This document shows positions 37,895-45,513 of a DNA stretch of 45,513 bases, piece by piece. The position numbers and the translations under genes were made by a program. Position 1 is the stretch's first letter. The number at the start of each line of letters is the position of its first letter. Location of the stretch: contig JBHJHA010000002.1 of assembly GCA_050331235.1 (NCBI GenBank), positions 1-45,513 on the forward strand, in the 5' to 3' direction. The notes below the pieces were generated by a model. It was not told the DNA's origin. It was given only the letters and a program-made list of their open reading frames with translations, and ran no database searches. This DNA is from Leptolyngbyaceae cyanobacterium. GTDB taxonomy: Bacteria; Cyanobacteriota; Cyanobacteriia; Phormidesmidales; Phormidesmidaceae.

Positions 37895-40786
37895 ATGATT
37901 GCTACGCTTTCTCAACCTCGGACGATTACAGCTAATGAGCCGCTGCTGCTGACCGATCCGTCTAAGCTCTGGCACGTCAAATCGGGCCAGCTGGCGGTGT
38001 TTGTCACTGCTTTTGTCGATGAACAACCGGTCGGCGAGCGGTGGTATCTCTTCACGGTAGAGGCGGGAGAAGCGTTGTTCAGCGCCACTATCTGTCCGGT
38101 GACACACCTTGGGTTGCTAGCGATCGCGATCGAACCGGCCGAAATCCTAGATGTGCCTTTGAGCGAAACCGATGAATCGGCCCTGCCGAGCAATCGCCTC
38201 AAGCAGTTAGCCGATCCATGGATCCATCACCTCAGCCAAATCGACGGCTTTCCGAGAACGGCACAGACGGGAGTCGTGCCGGATATTCACTACATCTCGC
38301 TGCTACCGGGGCAAGTTTGCCGCGCCCCAGCAGGCACTGTTGCTTGGGTGCGGATGCAACAGGGCAAGGCCTCTTGGATGGGGAATCCCTCCTTTCCCCT
38401 CGCCTCTGAATTGGGCTGTTTTCCGTTAGGAGACGGCATGTTTATGCAGGCACAAGACCATATTGAGTTTTTCATTCGACCGACTCAAGAGGTCAAAAAC
38501 CGCAAAATTATCATTCGCGGGATTAAACAACTCCACAATTACTTTTTCAGTACCGTTGAGCAGATCCAATCGCGGCAGCAGCGGCTAAGGCTACGCCGGT
38601 TTCAACAGCGGCAGCAGCTCAATCAGGAGGTCACCCAAAAAGTCGTTCGCACTTTATCTGGTGTTTTAGAGCAAGATGAGCGCTTTCAGGAAATTGATTC
38701 TCCCCTATTGGCCGCTGCCGGGGCCGTGGGTAAATCCCTCGGCGTGAGGATCGAACCGCCCGCCACATCAGAAAACACGACCCGAAATAAGGAGCCATTA
38801 GAGGCGATCGCCCGCGCCTCTCAACTGCGGCTGCGGCGGGTACTCTTGCGTGGCCAGTGGTGGCAAAAAGACAGTGGTCCGATTGTGGCCTATACCCGTG
38901 AAGGTCACCATCCAGTGGCGCTGTTACCCACGCGCGGCAGCCAGTATGAGCTATTTGATCCCGTTGCGGCCCAGGCTGATCCGACTGCGGTCAGAGTGCC
39001 CATTACGGCTGCTATTGCCAATTCCCTAGAGCCCGTCGCCTTTGTCTTTTATCGACCATTGCCGACCACTGAGCTCAATGCCCTTTCCCTGCTCAAGTTT
39101 GCCTTTCGCGGTCAGGGACGAGATTGGCTGATGATTTTGCTCACAGGCGTCGCGGCTACGCTCATTGGCATGCTGGTGCCCCAGGCCGCGGCTGCGCTGG
39201 TGGATACGGTGGTGCCGTATGGCGATCGCCCACTGCTCGTTCAGATCGGGCTGGGACTGCTGGCGGCGGCGCTTGGAGCCTCCAGTTTTCGCTTGGCCCA
39301 GGCGATCGCCACCATGCGGGTCGAAACCGCCTCGGATGCTCACTTACAGGCTGCAGTTTGGGATCGGTTACTAAAGCTCCGCACCTCGTTTTACCGCGAC
39401 TACGCCACGGGGGACCTCAACTCCCGGGTCTCCAGCATCACCGCCATTCGCCGCAAGCTGAGCGGGTCCGCTCTTCAAGGCTTGTTTGCCGGTGCCTTCT
39501 CACTGTTAAACCTCGGACTGTTGTTTTACTACAGTCCGCCTCTGGCCCTAATTGCGCTACTGGTTGCCCTCGTTATTCTGGTGGTGACAGTGGCCTCCGG
39601 TTTAGTGCTTGTACGCAAATATCGCCCCTTGTTAGAAATCCAGGGCAAGCTCTACGGCCTTGTGGTGCAGCTTATCAACGGGGTCTCAAAACTCCGCATT
39701 GCCGGTGCCGAGGAACGGGCCTTTGCCGCTTGGGGCCAGCGCTATGGTCAGCAGCTGCGGCTCACCCTCAGCACCCAACAGCTCGAAGACGCTGTCGATG
39801 TGTTTAACACCGTGCTCCCCATTTTTACGACGCTGATTTTGTTTTGGTTGGCCAGTCAGTTTGTTGATAACACCTCTGGCGATGGCCTCTCAACAGGGAC
39901 CTTTCTCGCTTTTTCCGTCGCCTTCGGCACGTTTATCTCAGGGGCCACTAGTCTCAGTAATACGTTGGTAGAACTGCTCGATGTTGTGCCTCTCTGGCAG
40001 CGGGCCCAGCCAATTCTCCGAGCTGAGCCTGAGGTTAACCTCACCAAATCGGACCCTGGTCAGCTTTCCGGAGCGCTTAAAGCTGAGCGGGTGAGTTTTC
40101 GTTACAAGCCGAACGGTCCCCTCATCCTCGACGATGTCAGTTTTGAAGCTAAGCCCGGCGAGTTTATTGCACTGGTTGGTCCCTCGGGGTCAGGTAAATC
40201 TACCGCAATGCGCCTATTGCTAGGATTTGATAGCCCCGAGTCCGGCACCATTTACTTCGATGGTCAAGATCTTTCGGGCTTGGATGTCGTTGCTGTACGC
40301 CGACAGTTTGGGGTAGTTCTGCAAACGAGTCGCCTCAGCGCCGGCTCTATTTTTGAAAACTTGGCCGGTGGTGCCCTCATTTCCTTAGACGATGCCTGGG
40401 ATGCGGCTGAAAAAGCGGGACTTGCGGATGACCTGCGAGCTATGCCGATGCAGATGCATACCGTTGTCAGTGAAGGGGGGACTAACCTCTCCGGCGGCCA
40501 GCGCCAGCGGCTGCTCATTGCTCGGGCGCTAGCGGTGCATCCGAAAATCATGCTCATGGATGAAGCCACCAGTGCCCTGGATAATCGCACTCAAGCGATC
40601 GTGACGGAAAGCTTGGATCGACTCAATGTGACCCGTGTGGTGATTGCCCATCGCCTAAGTACCATTCGTAATGCTGATCGCATATATGTTGTGGAAGCTG
40701 GGCGAGTCGTACAGCAGGGCAACTTTGATGAGCTGGCGGCTCAGGGTGGCTTATTTGGTCAGCTCATCAAGCGACAAATGGCTTGA
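37895..40786 (+). CDS. NHLP/NHLM bacteriocin ABC transporter partner, permease/ATPase (TIGR03797-like)
   Basis: N-terminal cNMP-like region; AIARASQLRLRRVLLRGQWWQKDSGP; GPSGSGKST; LSGGQRQR; MDEATSALDNRTQ. Confidence 0.93.
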   Translation: MIATLSQPRTITANEPLLLTDPSKLWHVKSGQLAVFVTAFVDEQPVGERWYLFTVEAGEALFSATICPVTHLGLLAIAIEPAEILDVPLSETDESALPSNRLKQLADPWIHHLSQIDGFPRTAQTGVVPDIHYISLLPGQVCRAPAGTVAWVRMQQGKASWMGNPSFPLASELGCFPLGDGMFMQAQDHIEFFIRPTQEVKNRKIIIRGIKQLHNYFFSTVEQIQSRQQRLRLRRFQQRQQLNQEVTQKVVRTLSGVLEQDERFQEIDSPLLAAAGAVGKSLGVRIEPPATSENTTRNKEPLEAIARASQLRLRRVLLRGQWWQKDSGPIVAYTREGHHPVALLPTRGSQYELFDPVAAQADPTAVRVPITAAIANSLEPVAFVFYRPLPTTELNALSLLKFAFRGQGRDWLMILLTGVAATLIGMLVPQAAAALVDTVVPYGDRPLLVQIGLGLLAAALGASSFRLAQAIATMRVETASDAHLQAAVWDRLLKLRTSFYRDYATGDLNSRVSSITAIRRKLSGSALQGLFAGAFSLLNLGLLFYYSPPLALIALLVALVILVVTVASGLVLVRKYRPLLEIQGKLYGLVVQLINGVSKLRIAGAEERAFAAWGQRYGQQLRLTLSTQQLEDAVDVFNTVLPIFTTLILFWLASQFVDNTSGDGLSTGTFLAFSVAFGTFISGATSLSNTLVELLDVVPLWQRAQPILRAEPEVNLTKSDPGQLSGALKAERVSFRYKPNGPLILDDVSFEAKPGEFIALVGPSGSGKSTAMRLLLGFDSPESGTIYFDGQDLSGLDVVAVRRQFGVVLQTSRLSAGSIFENLAGGALISLDDAWDAAEKAGLADDLRAMPMQMHTVVSEGGTNLSGGQRQRLLIARALAVHPKIMLMDEATSALDNRTQAIVTESLDRLNVTRVVIAHRLSTIRNADRIYVVEAGRVVQQGNFDELAAQGGLFGQLIKRQMA

Positions 40787-40805
40787 TAATTCTGGCGTTA
40801 GCCAT

Positions 40806-41747
40806 TTAAGGTGAGACGGATGATGAAGGTTGCGGTGTCTGCCAGTGGCAACTGTTGGGCGTCAACGTGATCAAATCTTCAATATTGCGCTGCATCGTTT
40901 CGCAGATGGCATCTAGGGGCAAATCATTGGGATCATGGCCAAAGGGATTTTCAATTTCAATGCCGATTTCCTCGATGCCAAATACGGCAAAACTGATCAG
41001 TCCCACGGCGATCGCCGTCCACCAACCTAACAGCCCCACCATTTGAAAGGGCAGCGCCAGACAGTACAGCAGCAATAGTTGCTTGAGATGGATCACATAA
41101 GCTAGCGGAATTGGCGTTTTGAGAATGCGCTCGCAGCCCCCCAAAACGTCAACTAGGGTATCCACTTGGGCCAACATTGAAGAGAGTTGGTAAGCATTCA
41201 AGTGCCCTCGGTCAAAGCAAGACTGCAAATAGTTGGCAATCCAAAACGCAATTTCCAGCGGTGGATGGTTCATGGTTTGGAGTTTGGCTAGTTCCGTCGC
41301 GGTCACCAACTCAGCCAAGTCTTCGCCTAAGGGTTCGCAGCGCAGATTTAGCTTGGTGGCTTGGGCAAACGCTACCAGCAACCGCAAGTGATGAATCTTA
41401 TCAGCGCGATCGCCTGGGGCATCCTCATGCACTGCAACCCAGAGCTGCCGAGCCAAATTCCGACTCGTATTGACCAGCGTTCCCCAAAGTTTCCGCCCTT
41501 CCCAAAACCGCTCGTAAGCTGTGTTTGTGCGAAACACCAGCAACAGGCCTAACACAATACTGGGCACAATATTGCCCAATGCTCCGAAAGCTACCGGCGC
41601 TCCCCACTGATACAGGCTCGCAATCACAAGCCCAAACCCTGAGCACAGGAGTGATCTAGGCAAAACAACGGGAACCACCGAACCCCGCCATTGAAAAATC
41701 ATCCGAAACCAATGTCGAGATCGAGGTAGATCTATATTGGGCGTCAT
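40806..41747 (-). CDS. Bestrophin family ion channel (YneE-like)
   Basis: LLLVFRTNTAYERFWEGRKLWG, CERILKTPIP, EIENPFGHDPNDLPLD; start at ATG 41747. Confidence 0.93.
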   Translation of the reverse strand: MTPNIDLPRSRHWFRMIFQWRGSVVPVVLPRSLLCSGFGLVIASLYQWGAPVAFGALGNIVPSIVLGLLLVFRTNTAYERFWEGRKLWGTLVNTSRNLARQLWVAVHEDAPGDRADKIHHLRLLVAFAQATKLNLRCEPLGEDLAELVTATELAKLQTMNHPPLEIAFWIANYLQSCFDRGHLNAYQLSSMLAQVDTLVDVLGGCERILKTPIPLAYVIHLKQLLLLYCLALPFQMVGLLGWWTAIAVGLISFAVFGIEEIGIEIENPFGHDPNDLPLDAICETMQRNIEDLITLTPNSCHWQTPQPSSSVSP

Positions 41748-41949
41748 GATGGATGACCTCACCTCTGCAACCCCTGGCTCACTCTTGCCACACTATGGCC
41801 ATGCCAGAGTCAGCAGTCAGCTTTGCCGAGCGAAACCCTAACCGTAGAGATTGATATCTCGCTACAATTCTATAGTACAAGGTCACTCCTATCGGGTCTA
41901 TGCCGGCTGAGACAGCATGATGACTCGCCCAAACAGACGAAACTGATCA

Positions 41950-43074
41950 TCAGGTATTTAGCGCATATACCTGACCGTTAAAGAGTATCCGAGTAATCCC
42001 TTTAGCCTGTAAATATTCCTGTGTTTTGTTCAGGATTAGGCTATTTGGCACCTTGATAATGCGCTGGTTACGCCTAGCAAACCGCCGCGCGATCTTATGA
42101 TTTTCAAATACTGGTAGGGTCCTCGCCTGCTCTTCTCCCGGAGGGATCATACCCAATTCGGAAAAGTCCTTGAGCGGACAGGTGATCAGTTCTGACAGCC
42201 TATCTACAACTAAGTAGCAAGGCTTGGTCAGAGAAAAGCGCTCAAATGACAAAATCGATAGCTCTGCTTCGCTGGGTGGAGCCGGTTCGGCAACTTCTTC
42301 CTCGTCGTCATCTCCATCCCAGCTGTCTTCGTCCCAATCATCATCAGTATCATCGTTGTCAAAATCATCGTCGCCGAGACCATCAGGCACCCATGCCGTG
42401 ACTTCATCATCCTCGTCAGATTCGTCGGATTCATCTGACAGTTCTTCAGCAATCTCAGGGCTCGCTCCGATGTCTGAAGGGGGGAGCGACCGACCATTAG
42501 AGGATGCAGCGATCGCAGTCTCTTCTTTCCCAGAGGACGCGGCAAGATCGGCTGCTTCATCCGGTTCAACAGCTGTTGAGCGGCGGCGAGATCGGCGAGT
42601 GACCAGTTTTTTAGACGCAGTCTCTGTAGGCTGCATTTCCGATTCCGTTGCCGCTTTACTGTCGCTAGATGCCGTATCGCTATCCGATGACGTTACCTCA
42701 GTCTCACTTGATACTGCTGTGTCAGATTGATCCTCATCGCTCGAGGGGACCTCTATCGTCGCTGCTACTGTGTCAGACTGCGTCTCGTCGCTAGCTGCTT
42801 CTTGATGATTTGAAGGCAATGATGTCGGTTCCGTTGCCTCGATTTGCTCAAACGCTGCACTACTTGCTAAGGGAAAACTGCCGCGTTCGCCACTCCGCTT
42901 CCACTTCATAAGCTGCGTATATTCTGCCTCAGGCAGCATCTGCTTCAGCACACGACTCACCGTGCTACTACTGATGCCAAATTTATTGGCCAACGTAGAC
43001 GTGGTTTCTCCCGGCTGGCAGTAAATGCTGGTTATTTGTCGCCTGTCGGAGTCTGAAAGTTTGCGAGGTGCCAT
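41950..43074 (-). CDS. Cyanobacterial HTH protein with long acidic linker
   Basis: ETTSTLANKFGISSSTVSRVLK helix-turn-helix; D/E-rich tract; globular C-terminus (CYLVVDR..ELIT.PLKDF..TLPVF). Confidence 0.8.
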   Translation of the reverse strand: MAPRKLSDSDRRQITSIYCQPGETTSTLANKFGISSSTVSRVLKQMLPEAEYTQLMKWKRSGERGSFPLASSAAFEQIEATEPTSLPSNHQEAASDETQSDTVAATIEVPSSDEDQSDTAVSSETEVTSSDSDTASSDSKAATESEMQPTETASKKLVTRRSRRRSTAVEPDEAADLAASSGKEETAIAASSNGRSLPPSDIGASPEIAEELSDESDESDEDDEVTAWVPDGLGDDDFDNDDTDDDWDEDSWDGDDDEEEVAEPAPPSEAELSILSFERFSLTKPCYLVVDRLSELITCPLKDFSELGMIPPGEEQARTLPVFENHKIARRFARRNQRIIKVPNSLILNKTQEYLQAKGITRILFNGQVYALNT

Positions 43075-43219
43075 TCGGGAAGGTTGATGTCTACGGGGTC
43101 GCTCTTATCTTACTGCTATGCAGCCGTTACCGAGGCAATCTGTTATTGGAGTCAGCCATCTCTACTAGGGCGTGTCATCAGTTAGTTAAGCTGAAGATAG
43201 CAGACAGAGACGGAGAGAG

Positions 43220-43570
43220 AGGGGACGTTACGGGCTCCGCGATGACCAATGGGAGCGGATTAAGGACTTTTTGCCAGGGCGAGAAGGCCATGTGGGTGGC
43301 ACAGCTAGAGACAATCGAGTGTTCATCGAAGCTGTGCTGTATCGCTACCGTTCAGAGATTCCCTGGCGAGACTTGCCTGAACGCTTTGGGGACTTTCGAG
43401 TCGTACAGACCCGCTTTAGCCGATGGGCTAAGAGTGGAGTCTGGCAGCAAATCTTCGAGAAGCTCTCGGAGGCTTCCGACAACGAATACGCCATAATCGA
43501 TGCCACCATCGTAAGAGCCCATCAGCATAGTGCGGGTGCGGCTCAAAAAGGGGCCATCAGCAGGTCGTAG
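43220..43570 (+). CDS. IS5 transposase orfA (expected start codon reads AGG)
   Basis: RYGLRDDQWERI..DNRVFIEAVLY..PWRDLPERFG..RFSRW..IIDATIVRAHQHSAG. Confidence 0.75.
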   Translation, partial: RGRYGLRDDQWERIKDFLPGREGHVGGTARDNRVFIEAVLYRYRSEIPWRDLPERFGDFRVVQTRFSRWAKSGVWQQIFEKLSEASDNEYAIIDATIVRAHQHSAGAAQKGAISRS

Positions 43571-43970
43571 CCGAGGGGGATTGAGCACCAAGCTCAATGC
43601 CACCTGTGACGCGTTGGGCAATCCAACCGGGTTCTACCTGACACCTGGACAAGTCCACGACCTCGTCGGGGCAGATGTTTTGCTCAGTAACCTTGAAGCC
43701 CAGGCACTGCTAGCCGACAAAGCCTACGACGCCGATGAGCGAGTTCGTCAACTTTTGGCTCAAAAGGGATGTCAGGCGGTGATCCCATCAAAGTCTAGTC
43801 GCAAAGCGCCTTACCCTTACGATCTACATCTCTACAAAGCACGACATTTGATTGAGAACTTTTTCGCCAAGCTCAAGCAGTATCGAGCCATCGCCACGCG
43901 ATATGACAAAACTGACCTTAACTTCCTGAGTGCAATCTATCTGGCTGCCTCTGTCATCTGGCTCAACTGA
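43530..43970 (+). CDS. IS5 transposase orfB (DDE C-terminal part)
   Basis: GRSRGGLSTKL, ADKAYD, YKARHLIENFFAKLKQYRAIATRYDK. Confidence 0.88.
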   Translation: MRVRLKKGPSAGRSRGGLSTKLNATCDALGNPTGFYLTPGQVHDLVGADVLLSNLEAQALLADKAYDADERVRQLLAQKGCQAVIPSKSSRKAPYPYDLHLYKARHLIENFFAKLKQYRAIATRYDKTDLNFLSAIYLAASVIWLN

Positions 43971-44186
43971 TGACACACCCTAGTCAACCGGCGATCGCCT
44001 TATTCACGACTCGCTACCAGTTACATCTCACCATCCGATGCAGTAGTAGCGTCAAGACACAGACGCCTCATTAAGTCATCGTTCCCTTATGAACTCTAAC
44101 GGAGCTGACCAATCATTAAATATAAGAGATAAGCTTATGGATCAACGATAACGCTTGCCTAAGCTCTCACAGCTACCCGATTAAAT

Positions 44187-45362
44187 ATGGAATTGGCCAA
44201 CCGGATTAAGACAGTAACTCCATCCATGACTTTGGCGATCTCTGCCAAGGCTAAAGCGATGAAGAATGAAGGATTAGATGTCTGTAGTTTTAGTGCCGGC
44301 GAACCGGACTTTGATACTCCTGCTCACATCAAAGCGGCCGCTAAAAAAGCATTAGACGAAGGCAAAACCAATTACGGTCCAGCGGCCGGTGAGCCAGCTC
44401 TACGAGATGCGATCGCCCAAAAGCTTCATACCGATAATCAACTTGACTATCAAGCCAACAACATTATCGTTACCAATGGGGGAAAGTTCTCCCTCTACGG
44501 TCTCATGATGGTTTTGATCAATCCCGGAGATGAGGTCATCATTCCTTCTCCTTACTGGGTTAGTTACCCCGAAATGGTCAAAATAGCCGGGGGAACACCA
44601 GTGATTGTTCCCACTACACCCGAAAACGAATATAAAATTACCCCGGCACAGCTAAGAGCAGCAATCACCGATAAAACCAAACTGTTTGTTCTTAATTCAC
44701 CGTCTAACCCAACCGGGACCGTTTACACACCTCAAGAAGTTCGAGCCCTTGCAGATGTTGTTGTTAGCGCTGACATTTATGTGGTGTCAGACGAAATTTA
44801 CGAAAAAATCCTATATGACGGTTCCCAGCATCTCAGCATCGGTGCTGTTGGCCCAGAAGCTTTCGAGCGGACGATTGTCAGCAGCGGCTTTGCCAAGGCG
44901 TACGCCATGACTGGCTGGCGTGTCGGTTATCTAGCAGGACCTCAACCTTTAATTCAGGCGATGACTACTCTACAAGGGCAGAGCACTTCAAATGTGTGCA
45001 CCTTTGCCCAGTTCGGTGCGATCGCCGCGCTCCAGTCATCTCAGTCATGTGTCGAAGACATGCGATCGGCTTTTGACCAGAGACGTCGCTTTATCGTCGA
45101 CCGTGTTAATGCGATCTCTGGACTAAGCACCATCAAGCCACAAGGGGCATTTTATGTCTACGCCAATATTCAACCGCCGAACATCTCTTCGATAGAGTTT
45201 TGCGAAAAACTCTTAGACGAGAAACATGTTGCAGTTATCCCTGGCATTGCTTTTGGCACAGAAGGAACTATTCGAATTTCCTACGCAACTGATTTGGCAA
45301 CCATTGAACGGGGCCTAGATCGCCTCGAAGCATTTGCTACACACCGTTTGCCTAGCCTTTGA
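44187..45362 (+). CDS. aspC: PLP-dependent aspartate aminotransferase (class I)
   Basis: [49 protein letters not shown]. Confidence 0.92.
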   Translation: MELANRIKTVTPSMTLAISAKAKAMKNEGLDVCSFSAGEPDFDTPAHIKAAAKKALDEGKTNYGPAAGEPALRDAIAQKLHTDNQLDYQANNIIVTNGGKFSLYGLMMVLINPGDEVIIPSPYWVSYPEMVKIAGGTPVIVPTTPENEYKITPAQLRAAITDKTKLFVLNSPSNPTGTVYTPQEVRALADVVVSADIYVVSDEIYEKILYDGSQHLSIGAVGPEAFERTIVSSGFAKAYAMTGWRVGYLAGPQPLIQAMTTLQGQSTSNVCTFAQFGAIAALQSSQSCVEDMRSAFDQRRRFIVDRVNAISGLSTIKPQGAFYVYANIQPPNISSIEFCEKLLDEKHVAVIPGIAFGTEGTIRISYATDLATIERGLDRLEAFATHRLPSL

Positions 45363-45428
45363 ATGGTGGACTACCCCCGTCATTTGAGTGTTCAGGTTGG
45401 GGGGATAATTTTCCAAGGGTAAAAGGTA

Positions 45429-45457
45429 TTGACACTGAGATGTGATGTAGCTATATT
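45429..45457 (+). promoter_or_regulatory. Near-consensus sigma70 promoter, probably of an rRNA operon beyond the window
   Basis: TTGACA-17 bp-TATATT, followed by a non-coding leader with hairpin CGCTGC-GAAA-GTAGCG (45481-45496). Confidence 0.7.
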
Positions 45458-45513
45458 GGTAAAGCGCTCGAGGGAGACAGCGCTGCGAAAGTAGCGAGGT
45501 CTTTTGAGAGAAG

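Larger units (their letters stand above)
43168..43980 (+). mobile_element. IS5-family insertion sequence (IS427-like), 813 bp
   Basis: Terminal inverted repeats GGGCGTGTCATCAGTT and AACTGATGACACACCC (15/16 match); TA duplication in a CTAG target; two-ORF transposase. Confidence 0.92.
612..45025. repeat. Dispersed HIP1 octamers (GCGATCGC)
   Basis: Many copies in genes and spacers (e.g. 612, 2779, 3451, 45018); none seen inside the IS or the precursor gene. Confidence 0.95.

Noticed and set aside
39124..39807. 227-aa alternative-frame ORF inside the ABC gene
   Set aside because: Shadow ORF from GC-rich codon usage, with no motifs
42224..42730. 168-aa Ser-rich plus-strand ORF
   Set aside because: Antisense mirror of the Asp/Glu-rich tract of the minus-strand gene
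1..45513. tRNA, rRNA, tmRNA, RNase P or SRP RNA genes
   Set aside because: No recognisable signatures found by eye; a covariance-model scan would be needed to exclude them fully

Overview
This is a chromosomal window from a cyanobacterium, judged by very frequent HIP1 GCGATCGC octamers and a typical cyanobacterial gene set. The first ~23 kb is mostly housekeeping (glmU, kptA, panE, photolyase, larE, miaB, aroK, argB, hemD, coaE, ybaK) plus cell-wall genes. The 22.5-41 kb stretch is more accessory. It holds a tandem HTH-AAA/AAA NTPase pair, a cellulose-synthase-like GT2, a DM13 gene broken by an in-frame TAG, and an MscS-DEP fusion. The standout is a peptide-export locus. A 92-aa precursor (33241-33519, minus strand) has two double-glycine leader motifs and four LRRENLDKD repeats that differ only at synonymous codon positions. 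It is transcribed divergently from an NHLM/NHLP-type export cassette (tandem cNMP-binding protein, shortened membrane-fusion protein, C39-peptidase ABC transporter, partner ABC transporter), and no modifying enzyme is visible in the window. Also present are a Uma2 pseudogene with a 24-bp micro-insertion, two related MITE-like elements, an IS5-family element, an NtcA box positioned to repress a DUF4278 gene, and a probable rRNA-operon promoter at the right edge. All family assignments come from motif recognition by eye; no database search was run.
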